A DNA stretch of 64,000 nt, from positions 896,001 to 960,000 of the forward strand of contig JBMNIF010000002.1 in assembly GCA_050950765.1 (NCBI GenBank), written 5' to 3'. The stretch's first letter is position 1; every line of letters starts with the position of its first letter. The notes beneath the pieces were generated by a model. It worked only from the letters and a program-made list of their open reading frames with translations, made no database searches and was not told the origin of the DNA. Of this stretch, positions 19,952 through 30,962 are shown piece after piece. The stretch comes from Bdellovibrionota bacterium (GTDB taxonomy: Bacteria > Bdellovibrionota_C > UBA2361 > JAAYZI01). The translations under genes were made by a program, and so were the position numbers.

Positions 19952-21784
19952 TTGTTTTGTTTAAATGATACAGCCCTTCTTTTTTTGGCTTATCGCGGAA
20001 TAGAGATTATGCTTCAGGATTACACAGCTATGGTAACAGGGAGTGTTGAACTCGTACGGGTTGTTCAACAGGAAGAAGTTCGCACGCTACATTGCTCTGG
20101 GTATTTAGAGTGTTCGGAAGGGCATGTTGATCTTTTACAAGTAGCCATTCCTGGTCGTCCGATGATCGTAGCTGAGTTATCACCTTATATCACTACGCAA
20201 CACTCTTCTACTGAAAAGTTACGATTCTCTGTCACCTTTGAAATCGCTGAAGAGGAGCCGCTCTTAAAAGAACTTTTCCTTTTGGCGCATAAAAGTGACG
20301 GTACCTTTTGTTCGTTAAAGTTACAGATTCCACAATCAGCTATCGAGCTTGAACACATTCCCGAGTGTCCAAGTATCTTACTTGAATCGATCACACGTAG
20401 AGTTGAGGTTGAGTATCAAGCTTTCATTGATAGAGGCGCTGGAATGGCGTTAGTGCAAAGTCAGAAGCCGGAGTTTAGTATTATAATCACCCCTGGAGAA
20501 CCTGCGCAGATATTTTCAGCTGTGCGTGGTATTGAGCAATCTCTTCTAATCCGTTCAGAGGTGTTTATTCCTGAAGATGGTGAGAACGGAGATCTGCTTG
20601 CTAATTTACGTGGAGTTAGACGGTATCAAGTTACTGATGGGCTCTTTGCAGGGATAAATCAAGCCATAACAGAGTCACGCGGACGGATCGTTATGTTGAT
20701 GGATCCGCGTGCTATCGCCCTGACAGGTGCTGCTGATATCGCACTTAATCTGTTTTCTGCCTCTGATAAGGTTGGAGCGGTGGTGGGTAGGGTCTTAAGA
20801 CCTGACGGCTTGCTTTATGAGGCTGGGATTATGCTCGATGATACTGATGCTGTGAAGTTTTTTGGTGCGGGGCATCAAGCTAACGGTTGGGAGTATCTGT
20901 ATGAGCACGATGTTGATGTAGCATCTCCTACATTAGCCTTTTTTGATAGAGCGATGTTGGCAGAGATGTTATTTGATACAACGGCAGAGTCTATTATAGC
21001 AGCGTATACCACTCTTTCCGTTAATATTAGAACCTCTGAAAAGACGATAGTTTATCACCCTGATATAGTCAGCACCGTTATCGCTTATGATTTAGAGAGG
21101 GAGAGCCCTGTTCTTGTAAAAGAAGTTCTTAAAGAAGCACCTTTAGACGGTGAAGATGAAGATCTTGATGATATCTACTATCAAGGTGATGTTATTGTCG
21201 AACCTGTGCCGATGATTCCTCGTCTCGTTAGTAGCGCAGTTGAGAAAGCTGGTGCCTTAGTGGTCTTAGGACACTTAACGGAAGATGTTGTGGGTGAGAG
21301 TCGTTTACACCGAATCTTTGAAACTTTATCGAATGATGGTTTGGCGGTAACGATATTTGCTATGCGTGGTATCTCATGCACCCCTGCTCAGTTAAGACGT
21401 GATCTGCCAGTGACGGTTCAGTATGCAGACGGGATGGAAACTCCTTTATCTCAATTCCTTGAGCAAAATAAAGGGGTCTATGATATGGCTGTTGTGTGGC
21501 AGTTGGCACATTTAAGAAAAGTTTTAGATGCCGTGAAGCCGTATAATATGCCCGTTGTCTGTGATGTTTCGGGGCGTGAAGTCTTTTCCGAGACTGAAAG
21601 AGCGTTAATGCGTAAGGTTTCGACTGTCTGGGTTGAAGAAGAGCGTGAGGCTAGACGTTTGCGTAATATCGGCATTCATCACACTGAAGTCGTATCGTTA
21701 TTAAGTGGAAGTGGTGGTAGCGAATCTTTAGCAGCGTTACTGCTGAAGCTACGAAGCTCACTATTATCACAAACGATCTCATAA
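19952..21784 (+). CDS. Glycosyltransferase family 2-like protein (degenerate)
   Basis: PEFSIII, FAGINQA, VGAVVGRVLRPDGLLYEAG and YEHDVDVAS resemble GT2; start probably 20009. Confidence 0.55.
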   Translation: MFCLNDTALLFLAYRGIEIMLQDYTAMVTGSVELVRVVQQEEVRTLHCSGYLECSEGHVDLLQVAIPGRPMIVAELSPYITTQHSSTEKLRFSVTFEIAEEEPLLKELFLLAHKSDGTFCSLKLQIPQSAIELEHIPECPSILLESITRRVEVEYQAFIDRGAGMALVQSQKPEFSIIITPGEPAQIFSAVRGIEQSLLIRSEVFIPEDGENGDLLANLRGVRRYQVTDGLFAGINQAITESRGRIVMLMDPRAIALTGAADIALNLFSASDKVGAVVGRVLRPDGLLYEAGIMLDDTDAVKFFGAGHQANGWEYLYEHDVDVASPTLAFFDRAMLAEMLFDTTAESIIAAYTTLSVNIRTSEKTIVYHPDIVSTVIAYDLERESPVLVKEVLKEAPLDGEDEDLDDIYYQGDVIVEPVPMIPRLVSSAVEKAGALVVLGHLTEDVVGESRLHRIFETLSNDGLAVTIFAMRGISCTPAQLRRDLPVTVQYADGMETPLSQFLEQNKGVYDMAVVWQLAHLRKVLDAVKPYNMPVVCDVSGREVFSETERALMRKVSTVWVEEEREARRLRNIGIHHTEVVSLLSGSGGSESLAALLLKLRSSLLSQTIS

Positions 21785-21845
21785 GAGCAGACAAACGGCT
21801 CTTTTATCTCTTTGTGAGATCACGCCTTGAGCAAGATAAAAACGT

Positions 21846-22041
21846 TTTAAAGAACACTTTTTTCGAAAAATCTTCTAGCATAATCTCTGCAAAGAAAGCG
21901 TGTAGGAATTAAATCCTTGTCACAGACCTTTAAGAACATTTTTTTAAAAAAATCTCCTAGTAGGATCTCTGCAAAGAAAGCGTGTAGGAATTAAATCCTC
22001 GTCGCAGACCTTTAAGAACATTTTTTCGAAAAATCTTCTAG
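21846..22041. repeat. 82-bp tandem repeat, about 2.4 copies, between convergent genes
   Basis: AAGAACA at 21850, 21932 and 22014; ATCTCTGCAAAGAAAGCGTGTAGGAATTAAATCCT occurs twice. Confidence 0.9.
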
Positions 22042-22062
22042 CTAAAAAGTGGCAGTAGAAAC

Positions 22063-22725
22063 TTATTTTTTGGCAGCGTTCTTATGATTTTCAAGGTAGT
22101 TGCGTAAGACGTGCTCGACGCGAGAAAGCTCTTGAACAAGTGTTAGAGGTGAAAGCGACTCCGATGTAACATCTATATCTTTCAGACCAAAGTTCTTAGC
22201 TATCAGTTCAAGTCTTTTTACGAAATCTTCATCTAACGATTCTAAAAATCTGCGACGATTGATATTGCGACGTTCATGACGTAAGGCAACGAGACGTTGA
22301 TAACGTGCAATGCTGTCAGGTAGTGCTGGAGATTTTCTCCCGATATTCGGTTCGCAGATATCTAAAACGGGAGGCACACTTGCTGTATCAAAACTTCTAA
22401 TGTTACCAAATACGATATCGCCGTTCTCCGATGTAATTGCAGCGCTAAATGTGGTGTTACTAGAAGGTAAGTCCTGTTTTTTTACTTTAAAAGAAACTAA
22501 ATATCTACCACTAGCGAGTCGCTCCAATTGCGGTTGAGGTATCTCTTTTATCTTATCATCTGAGATGACTAGCCCCACTGAATCTTTCGGTGAGAAGGGA
22601 GCTTCTACAACGATAAATATCTGTGTATTTTTTTGGGCGTGTGCTTCACTACTTATGAGCAATAAGCAGGGCAGGGAAAAGATAAGTGCTAAAAGTGTTA
22701 AGAGGCGATAGTGGAGTTTAGTCAT
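22063..22725 (-). CDS. Hypothetical exported protein
   Basis: Signal peptide ending AHA; overlaps the upstream gene. Confidence 0.7.
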   Translation of the reverse strand: MTKLHYRLLTLLALIFSLPCLLLISSEAHAQKNTQIFIVVEAPFSPKDSVGLVISDDKIKEIPQPQLERLASGRYLVSFKVKKQDLPSSNTTFSAAITSENGDIVFGNIRSFDTASVPPVLDICEPNIGRKSPALPDSIARYQRLVALRHERRNINRRRFLESLDEDFVKRLELIAKNFGLKDIDVTSESLSPLTLVQELSRVEHVLRNYLENHKNAAKK

Positions 22726-23338
22726 TTTTGGAACCTCCTTTTGAAACCTGTTTAAGAACCTCTTTCAAAAGTAGATCCAGCCGATCTGAAATGTTTTTTG
22801 CTTCAACATACAGTGCGGCTTCATGATCTAAGATCTCCGCTTGAGCTATTAGTGCGGAGATCTGAGCCTCTCCCGATAGCTCTGCCTCTTGATCGAGAGA
22901 CGGCATCTCCGTATTTATTACACACTCTCGCGAGATTGAGACTCGTTCTGAAAAGATAGCGGGAGAATCTTTCGGATACGCTACGAATTGATAAGAGAGT
23001 TCTGCAAGGGGTGCTTGTATATGGAAAAGATACTCCGGAAGGTCGTGACGATTGAGATAGGCTTTTTCTGGAACCACTGTAAAGAGTTCACCATCAACCG
23101 TTATCAACGCTTTAACGGGGATCTTAGTATCTCTGGTATTTTCTAACTGAGCATATAAGGGGATCCTGTAACCTGGTTTCGAAAGCTCCTCGTGGCTTAT
23201 TTCAATCGGATATATCTCAACTCCTGTTTGTGCAGTAGCGATATTTGCGATTAATAATAACGCCGCAAAACAGATCGTCCTGATTTGGGAGAGCCATGTT
23301 AAACTTATTTTTATTACATTAGAGGCTTGAGTTTCCAT
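22718..23338 (-). CDS. Hypothetical exported protein
   Basis: Signal-like helix ending ATA; overlaps the kinase gene. Confidence 0.7.
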   Translation of the reverse strand: METQASNVIKISLTWLSQIRTICFAALLLIANIATAQTGVEIYPIEISHEELSKPGYRIPLYAQLENTRDTKIPVKALITVDGELFTVVPEKAYLNRHDLPEYLFHIQAPLAELSYQFVAYPKDSPAIFSERVSISRECVINTEMPSLDQEAELSGEAQISALIAQAEILDHEAALYVEAKNISDRLDLLLKEVLKQVSKGGSKND

Positions 23339-25419
23339 GTTCCTGTCTCCTCTGTAGTTATGTTTCTAAAAGTTCCTGCTATCTCCCCGTTATCTGATTC
23401 TCCGTCTTGTAGTAACGTTAAGAAAAGTCCGTTAGATCTGATATGAAGTTTTTTTGAAGCAGCAGCGCTGCTTTTTACGGTAACGGTAACAGGTTGCCAA
23501 CCGTTAATCCCGACAATGACCGTTACACAATTCTTTTCAGGATTCGAGACCAATATAAGGGGAGCTGTTGGTACCGCTAGTAGATTTTCTATCGTACCGA
23601 AATAGGTGCCGTGCGGAAGTTGCGGGAAGGTTAGTTGCGTTACTTCTGTAACAGGTGGAAGTAACGAAATCGAAGATCTCTGAACTTGATGTTGTATAGG
23701 GCTACCTTTAGTTCGGATAAATACAACGACACCGCTAGCAGCTATTATCAAAAGAATCAATAAAAATAGTAATTTTTTAAAGGCTGAAGATCGGGGACGC
23801 GCACTTGAAATATCGTGTGAAGATGGAACCTCTTGCAACGTTTCAGAGCTAGGTTGATCATCAGAACCGTAAAAATCAAATCCACTTGAACTAATGGCAC
23901 TTTTAGCATCTTCAAGATCTTGATCTGTTGAAACGTTATCCCCCGAAGAGAGGGTGCCTGAAGAGAGGGTAGATCCTGCGGTGGAAAAATCATTTTCAGG
24001 AGACCCTGAAAAAAGGGTATCATTTTCATCATTTTCATCTTGCTCATCTTGTGGAAAGTCTTCTTGCGATTCCTCGCTAAACGTTTCCGCAAACTCGTGA
24101 TGTTGACTAATATCTTCACCGTAATCTTCTTCTCTCGGAATAGCAGCATCGTATTGAGTAGGTGGAAGGTTTTCTTCAACTTCAATAGTAACGTCTGCTG
24201 GATTGATACCTTCTTCCGTTACGTCTTCTAGTGCTAAGTGTTCTTCTTCTGGCGAAGTATCTCTAGAACGTCTTCTATAAGGATGCCGTCTTTTAGGGGG
24301 TTCGTATTCCTCATCAAAGCCACTTTGTTCTGGTTGTGGTTGCGGTGTGTCTAAAATATCTATCTCAGTTAATGAAGCCGCAGGATCGTATTCTGAAGAA
24401 AGAGGGGGGTAAGCAGAAGTGGTAGTGTAACTTTTTGCTTCTACTTCGAGGTCTCCCTCTGCATCTGTTGCGGTTGAGTAAGTTGAGGTATCTTCCTGAA
24501 GATCTTCTACCGCTTCTTCAACTAAAGCTGGTTCTTTATCTAAAGAAAGCCCCTGATCTACAACGTTAATAGGTGATGAATTCTTAAATTTTTCCGTTAA
24601 AAATGCGTTTAACATCTCCGCTGCTGAAGTGAAACGATCACTTGCGTTAAACGCCATAGCTTTCATTATTACATCGCCGAAGTAGGGAGGAATATCAGGC
24701 ACTAATGCAGAGATGGGCAAGATGTTTTCATCTTTTCGTGCCTCAAGGATATTAGCTAAGGGGATATTTGAAAACGGCTGCTCCCCCGAAAGGAGTTCGT
24801 AAAAGGTAACACCTAAACAATATACATCTGTCTGTTGATTGCAAAACTCAGCTTGAAAAACCTCCGGTGCCATGTAATCCATAGTTCCGACACCGTGTTG
24901 TAACTCCTCAACTGAAGATTTTTCTCCTGGTAAGACGGAGATGCCGAAGTCTGCTAAACGTGCCTCTTGATCATTGATGACAAGGATATTGTCAGGCTTA
25001 ATATCACGATGAATTATCTCGGAGTTGTGAATGAAGGTTAACGCTTCTAGCATCTGATTAAAAAAGAGCTCTGCTTGTGGTGGAGTAAGCTTGCCACCCC
25101 GTCTCTGTGTATAAGCACGGAGGTCTCCTTCAGGAGCGTATTCCATACATAGATAGCAGAGGCTATCAATCGAACGAAAATCATCCAAGCGGATAACGTA
25201 TTTGTGACGTGAAGAGACCATCGCCAAAGCTTCCTTCCGCAACTTGTCAACGATATCTTCATGCGAATGTTTATTTATCAAGACTTTTAGCGCAGCATCA
25301 CCGTATGGAGGTGAGATGTGGCGCACTTTGTAGACAACACTACAATTACCTCTACCTACAATAGATAGGATCTCATAACGTCCGTCAAAAACTTTAATTT
25401 TCTTACTTCGTTTGTCCAT
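23314..25419 (-). CDS. Membrane-anchored Hanks-type Ser/Thr protein kinase
   Basis: GRGNCSVVY, AALKVL, HRDIKPDN, DFG and GTMDYMAPE; acidic linker, TM helix and C-terminal external domain. Confidence 0.93.
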   Translation of the reverse strand: MDKRSKKIKVFDGRYEILSIVGRGNCSVVYKVRHISPPYGDAALKVLINKHSHEDIVDKLRKEALAMVSSRHKYVIRLDDFRSIDSLCYLCMEYAPEGDLRAYTQRRGGKLTPPQAELFFNQMLEALTFIHNSEIIHRDIKPDNILVINDQEARLADFGISVLPGEKSSVEELQHGVGTMDYMAPEVFQAEFCNQQTDVYCLGVTFYELLSGEQPFSNIPLANILEARKDENILPISALVPDIPPYFGDVIMKAMAFNASDRFTSAAEMLNAFLTEKFKNSSPINVVDQGLSLDKEPALVEEAVEDLQEDTSTYSTATDAEGDLEVEAKSYTTTSAYPPLSSEYDPAASLTEIDILDTPQPQPEQSGFDEEYEPPKRRHPYRRRSRDTSPEEEHLALEDVTEEGINPADVTIEVEENLPPTQYDAAIPREEDYGEDISQHHEFAETFSEESQEDFPQDEQDENDENDTLFSGSPENDFSTAGSTLSSGTLSSGDNVSTDQDLEDAKSAISSSGFDFYGSDDQPSSETLQEVPSSHDISSARPRSSAFKKLLFLLILLIIAASGVVVFIRTKGSPIQHQVQRSSISLLPPVTEVTQLTFPQLPHGTYFGTIENLLAVPTAPLILVSNPEKNCVTVIVGINGWQPVTVTVKSSAAASKKLHIRSNGLFLTLLQDGESDNGEIAGTFRNITTEETGTWKLKPLM

Positions 25420-25789
25420 CTATTAAACATACCTGAAATCGTGTGTTGTCCCCAATCCTAATCCAATCGCCGTGTTTCAACTTGACGGGACCTGAGATAG
25501 GACGTTCCTGTTCATTCCCCCTCTGTAAAAAGCTTCCGTTGTCTGAAAAGATGTCCAGAGCAAAAATGGTATGTTGATCAGTCGCTTTTAAAACAAGGTG
25601 CGGAGAGTTTATAGTATCATCATTGATAGCAAGGGTGCGAACGTCTGCGGTGTCATCTTTTGCGATAAAAGTTTTTCCGGTTGTGATTTTATATGAAAAA
25701 CCGGATTCGTCTAACTCATAAGACACCAACCACCCGATTAAACGATCGGAGCTGCGTCGGTTTGCCTGTTTGCGTTGTTTATTGTCCAT
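25403..25789 (-). CDS. FHA-domain protein
   Basis: GWLVSY, INSPHL, DIFSDNGSF and LKHGDWIRIG. Confidence 0.8.
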   Translation of the reverse strand: MDNKQRKQANRRSSDRLIGWLVSYELDESGFSYKITTGKTFIAKDDTADVRTLAINDDTINSPHLVLKATDQHTIFALDIFSDNGSFLQRGNEQERPISGPVKLKHGDWIRIGDNTRFQVCLIDGQTK

Positions 25790-26282
25790 GTCTAAGACCC
25801 TCCCCCTGCTAACGCATATCTTTAAAAATATACGTTAAAATGTAAAAAAATTAGACAGCTTCTCATAAAAAATAGCAACTGAGACGCTTTTAAACTTTAA
25901 TAAAAATTTATGGTACAAGCAGTATTTTTTATCGGCGTCTCTAGCCCCCGAATAACCCTATCGGTAAAAATAAGAAATTGCATAACAGTATTACGAAAAA
26001 ACAGCTGCTTTTTATAACGTTATAAAAACACTTAAAAAGTGATTTAGTGGAAGTTAAAAAGACGCTTGAAAAATACTACCCCCTAAACAGATCTAAAAAA
26101 CTTAGAAAAACTAAGTGTATACACAACTAACTTCTTAAAAAGAGTAGATAATGCTTCATCTTTTTTTATCATTCCAAAGAACAGATAGGTGAATATTTTT
26201 GAGCTAAAATCAGTAAGTTAAGATGCTTCTTGTTGTAAAAACTAAGGTTTCCACTGAAACTTAAAGTAAGGTGTGCAATAAC

Positions 26283-26705
26283 CTATTGCAAAACCTTACT
26301 TTGAGAGAACTTCTTCATTTCAAGGATCTTGTTACATTTCCTATGATCGTTTTTCCCGCCTTGTAAAAGCTCGAACCTGCTTTTTTGTAGACTTTGCTGA
26401 TTAAAAGCTTGTAAAATATCAGAGTAGAGATCGTCTTCAAATTGAGCGTTTTTAACGTCTAATTCGCTTTTTAAACGGACATCGCCGTCGGAGATCTTCT
26501 GCACTATATTTATAAAGTGACCGAGTACGAGTCGTTGCTCCTCCTCGCCGAGTTGGCAGAGCATATCAAGTAATGCCACGACCTTATCTCCGCCAGAATC
26601 TTCCATCAATGTTTTTAACTGCATTTGTAATGCGATTAAATTAGCCGAAAAGTGTTTATTTGAACTATTTCCCATTCCCAATATTTCCCATTCCCAAGGT
26701 GTCAT
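26283..26705 (-). CDS. Hypothetical protein
   Basis: 140-aa helical ORF; no family recognised. Confidence 0.6.
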   Translation of the reverse strand: MTPWEWEILGMGNSSNKHFSANLIALQMQLKTLMEDSGGDKVVALLDMLCQLGEEEQRLVLGHFINIVQKISDGDVRLKSELDVKNAQFEDDLYSDILQAFNQQSLQKSRFELLQGGKNDHRKCNKILEMKKFSQSKVLQ

Positions 26706-26915
26706 GGTGTGATCCTTTTTATTAGTGGTTATGCTTCACTCAAAATTTATTTATTTTAGAAAGCAAAAACGTGACCAAATTAAGTATTTGAAAATACAGG
26801 GTAGAAGATACGGAGGTGTTTAAAAGATCGACAATGTGTCCGCCAATTTATTAACTGTCTAGTTCAGTAAAGCTTTGAAGAAGAAAGGTTATTACAATTT
26901 TTTACTTTTTCAGGA

Positions 26916-28835
26916 CTATCCGACGACTGATCTGCTAACGCTTGAAAAACTTTCAAGGATAAAGTGCACGATGGCGCTGGGGTCATAGTGGTTCATCTTG
27001 TGTTGCTCTTGTTGCGTGGCGTGCGCTACAAAGTGGTCTCCTATGCCGAAACGTTTAATGGGCATCTTAAGCGATATAGCGTGATCTGCAGCAAACTCTA
27101 CAAGAGCCGATCCGAAACCTCCTGCCAACATCTGGTCTTCAATAGTGCAAACCATTTTGTATCTCGGAAGGTGTGAGATAAAAAGTTTTTCATCAAGCGG
27201 TTTTGCAAAACGAGCATTGATAACGCCACAAGAAAGCCCTTCATTTGCTAGAAGATCCGCTGCGATCTCTGCATATTGAACCATATTCCCCAGTCCGATC
27301 AGTAGCACATCACTACCGTTACGTAATACCTCCCCTTTACCGATCGGTATCTGGTGTGGGCAAGAATCCATAGCGACACCACGCGCTTGTCCACGCGGAT
27401 ACCTGATAGCAACGGGTGCAGCTAACTTTATTGCTGAAAACAACATGTGTTGCAGCTCGTTTTCGTCTTTTGGAGCCATGATGGTCATGTTGGGAATGCT
27501 CCGCAAAAACGAGATATCAAAAACACCTTGATGTGTTTCGCCATCATCTCCGACCACACCAGCACGGTCTATTGCAAAGACAACAGGTAGCTTCTGAATG
27601 CAAACATCGTGTAAGATCTGATCATAAGCACGTTGTAAAAAAGTCGAGTAGATCGCGCAGACTGGGCGTTTCCCTTCGCAGGCCAATCCAGCAGCAAAGG
27701 TTACACCGTGTGACTCACAGATCCCGACATCATAAAAACGATCGGGGAACTCTCTCTGAAAACGATCTAGCCCTGTCCCTGACGGCATGGCTGCTGTTAT
27801 GGCCACAACTTCCGGCATGGAGTGTGCGATCTTGATTAAAGTATCTGAAAAAACTGAGGTATATGACGGAATCGGAGTTTGCTTTGAGGCAAGCTTTATA
27901 AACTCTCCCTTCTCTTTGCAAAACGGATTAACGCCGTGCCAAACAGTAGGATTCACCTCAGCAGGTTTATATCCTTTACCTTTAGTTGTTACAGCGTGTA
28001 TCAAAACGGGCACGTCCTGTTTCTTTGCTTGATTGAAAGCTCTTACAAGGTCTTTAATGTTATGCCCGTCAACCGGCCCGATATACCTAATACCTAGGGA
28101 CTCAAACAACATGGAGGGACCTGATATAAAACCTTGCGTAACCTCTTCAGCTCGATCAAAAATTTTATACAACAGTTCAGGTATGTAACCACGCTTGTAA
28201 AGGCTCTTTAACTTAAAACGCGCTCTAGTCGGAACGTGCGAGGTGACAGCCATAGAGAAGAGGCGGCTAATAGCTCCGACGTTTGGTGAAATGGACATCT
28301 CATTATCATTAAGCACGATGATAAGGTTGCTCGGACGCACATCTCCAGCGTGATTTAGCGCTTCAAAGGACATACCACACGTCATAGCACCATCGCCCAG
28401 CACCGCTACAACTGATCTCTCGGGAGCTTCTTTTTCTAAGGCGAGAGCCATGCCCACGGCGGCGGAGATACTGGTGCCAGCGTGCCCTGCGCCAAAAGCG
28501 TCATAGGGGCTTTCGTCACGCCGCAAGAAACCGGAGATGCCGTTCTTTTTACGGATACTCTTCATAAGACTTAGCCGCTCCGTTAACATCTTATGAACGT
28601 AACCTTGATGACCGACATCCCAGACAACACGATCTTGTGGAGTATTAAAGGCGTGATGAATAGCAACTGTTAGTTCAGTTACCCCTAAACTGGAGGCTAA
28701 GTGTCCGCCTGACATCGAAACGGTATCGATTAACTCCGAGCGAAGCTCCGCACAGACCTTATCTAATTCCCTGTAACTTAGAGAGCGTAGCCCTTGCGGG
28801 AGTTTAATCTTGTCTATAAGCCGTTTCGTCGCCAT
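26916..28835 (-). CDS. dxs: 1-deoxy-D-xylulose-5-phosphate synthase
   Basis: GGHLASSLG, WDVGHQGY, GDGAMT, NDNEMSI, YSTFLQRAYDQ and DGETHQG. Confidence 0.98.
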   Translation of the reverse strand: MATKRLIDKIKLPQGLRSLSYRELDKVCAELRSELIDTVSMSGGHLASSLGVTELTVAIHHAFNTPQDRVVWDVGHQGYVHKMLTERLSLMKSIRKKNGISGFLRRDESPYDAFGAGHAGTSISAAVGMALALEKEAPERSVVAVLGDGAMTCGMSFEALNHAGDVRPSNLIIVLNDNEMSISPNVGAISRLFSMAVTSHVPTRARFKLKSLYKRGYIPELLYKIFDRAEEVTQGFISGPSMLFESLGIRYIGPVDGHNIKDLVRAFNQAKKQDVPVLIHAVTTKGKGYKPAEVNPTVWHGVNPFCKEKGEFIKLASKQTPIPSYTSVFSDTLIKIAHSMPEVVAITAAMPSGTGLDRFQREFPDRFYDVGICESHGVTFAAGLACEGKRPVCAIYSTFLQRAYDQILHDVCIQKLPVVFAIDRAGVVGDDGETHQGVFDISFLRSIPNMTIMAPKDENELQHMLFSAIKLAAPVAIRYPRGQARGVAMDSCPHQIPIGKGEVLRNGSDVLLIGLGNMVQYAEIAADLLANEGLSCGVINARFAKPLDEKLFISHLPRYKMVCTIEDQMLAGGFGSALVEFAADHAISLKMPIKRFGIGDHFVAHATQQEQHKMNHYDPSAIVHFILESFSSVSRSVVG

Positions 28836-28979
28836 ATTTTAAAATAGATCGCTAAAAACAGATCGAAGAAATAATTAAGGTCAGTAATATTTTTTAGCTG
28901 GCGTAATATACAGCGATAATCCTCACTTGGCAAACAGGGAGGAGGGGGAATTGATAAAAAAGAGAGTAATCCTTTATTG

Positions 28980-30185
28980 TTAAGCGAATTCCTTTCTTTT
29001 AGGATAGGCCGTAAGTGCTGCTAAAAGGATAATGATAGCGGTTATTGCGATAGCGTGCGCTGGACCGTAGATCTCTGTTGTCCAGCCGATAAGGAGAGAT
29101 CCAAACGGAACAAACCCGAAAAATGTCAGTAAATAGATACTCATAACTCTGCCGCGTAAGTCCGGTTGTACATAAAGTTGAATAAAAGAATTGGTCAGGG
29201 TGAAGATAAATTGTGATGATAAACCGACCATAAAAAGTAATGCGATTGATGACGCTAAAGAGGTGCTGGCAGATAATAATAAGAGGAAGCAGGGGAATAT
29301 AATTAAACTATTAAAAAATAACGTAATGCGTTGTTTGGATGTTGCCAAGTTCGCTAAAATTAAAGCAGCTGCGAGTGCACCGACACCACGAGCTGTTTGT
29401 AAAAAACCGTTAGTGCTGGCATCTCCGTGTAAAATATCTACTGCCCAAGCTGGTAAGATCGTAAAAAGCGAAATACCAAAACAACTTATTAACATGGTAA
29501 TAGCCATTAGTAATCGTATCTGAGGATGGCGCACAGAATATTTAATCCCTTCTAGTACCTCTTCACGCAAGTTTCTCTTATCGACACTTTTAGTTTTGTG
29601 AGTAACCTTCATGCTCAATAAAGCTCCCAGAACCGCTAAGAATGTAACGGCGTTAATACTAAAGCACCAAGCTGCACCCCACACAGAATAGATAATTCCA
29701 CCGACAGCAGGGCCTAAAGACGTTCCAGTATGAAACAAAACTGAGTTTAGGGCGATGGCGTTCGGAAGGTCTTCATTAGGTACAATTTCGGCGATAAAGG
29801 CGTGTCGCGCCGGTGTATCAAAGGCGTTTGCCATACCGGTAAAAAAGCTTAAGAGTATGATGTGCCAAGGTTTAACCGTGCCGCTAAAGGTTAAGAAAGC
29901 AAGTACTAGCGCCAGTAGCATCATCGCCGATTGCGCCATGATAAGGATCTTGCGACGTGAATACCGATCGGCAACTACTCCTGAATATAACATTAAGATC
30001 CAAGCAGGTAGTCCGCCAAAGAAGGTAACGTAACCGAGGAAGGCGGGGGAGCCTGTAAGTTCATAAACCAAAAAGCCTTGCGCTGAAGCCTGCACCCAGT
30101 ATCCGAAGACAGATATCATCTGTCCCCAAAACCAGATACGATAATTGGGATGCTTTAAAGCTGCGAAGGTTTTTACGGAAAACAT
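28980..30185 (-). CDS. MFS transporter
   Basis: About 12 TM helices; GVVADRYSRR motif A; LRGRVMS. Confidence 0.9.
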   Translation of the reverse strand: MFSVKTFAALKHPNYRIWFWGQMISVFGYWVQASAQGFLVYELTGSPAFLGYVTFFGGLPAWILMLYSGVVADRYSRRKILIMAQSAMMLLALVLAFLTFSGTVKPWHIILLSFFTGMANAFDTPARHAFIAEIVPNEDLPNAIALNSVLFHTGTSLGPAVGGIIYSVWGAAWCFSINAVTFLAVLGALLSMKVTHKTKSVDKRNLREEVLEGIKYSVRHPQIRLLMAITMLISCFGISLFTILPAWAVDILHGDASTNGFLQTARGVGALAAALILANLATSKQRITLFFNSLIIFPCFLLLLSASTSLASSIALLFMVGLSSQFIFTLTNSFIQLYVQPDLRGRVMSIYLLTFFGFVPFGSLLIGWTTEIYGPAHAIAITAIIILLAALTAYPKRKEFA

Positions 30186-30278
30186 AGTTACGACTTATTG
30201 CGCGAGGTGGTGTCGGATCTCGCCCCCTGTACACTTTAAAAAAGCATGAAGGGGGCGATAGATAAAATGAGAGGGCAA

Positions 30279-30962
30279 CTACTTATCAGTTTGTTCCTGC
30301 GAATTCGCCTCTGCAAATTCCGCTAGCAAGATCCCGTTTTCAATGGTGAATTTTTCCACATAAACACCTCCCTCTTCCTTGTGTTTTTGTGATAGGGGTA
30401 TATAAGTGGCAAAAAAGCTATTAAGAGCAATATTAATATCATCAGGAACTTCGCCTTGATTGAAGTGAAGATCAGTAATCTTCATCGCTGGAGTACCATC
30501 ATCAAGAGGCTTGAATTTTATAACGACAAAACCGTTTAGATATTTATCAATGATCGGGATGGAAAAATCCACTTTCATAGCATCACCGGACATCGTCACA
30601 AAAGCACGATCTTTTACCCCTTCGAAAAAATTATGCTGCGCTATTAATGTATTAATATCAGTAGCTGAAAGTTTAAAGGAGGCTGACTTATTTGCCTCTA
30701 AGGCACGAACCTGCTTATCATATTCACCTTTCAGATTAGAATATTCAGCAGGTGATAATGTTTGTACGGCAACTGTAAGAGGCTCAGAGCTTAAAAGAGG
30801 TGTTATCTTGGCTATTAGTTGAGACTTAAGGTGGTAGTATCCAAAGATGCTCCCCACAAAAAGTAAAACGGCAATGATTATTACTGATAGGCAACCGTAA
30901 AATAAACAACCATTATTTGTATCTAAATCTGTTTCACTTTGATTTTTGATATTTGCGTTCAT
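30279..30962 (-). CDS. Hypothetical membrane-anchored protein
   Basis: GCLFYGCL followed by a TM helix at the N-terminus. Confidence 0.7.
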   Translation of the reverse strand: MNANIKNQSETDLDTNNGCLFYGCLSVIIIAVLLFVGSIFGYYHLKSQLIAKITPLLSSEPLTVAVQTLSPAEYSNLKGEYDKQVRALEANKSASFKLSATDINTLIAQHNFFEGVKDRAFVTMSGDAMKVDFSIPIIDKYLNGFVVIKFKPLDDGTPAMKITDLHFNQGEVPDDINIALNSFFATYIPLSQKHKEEGGVYVEKFTIENGILLAEFAEANSQEQTDK

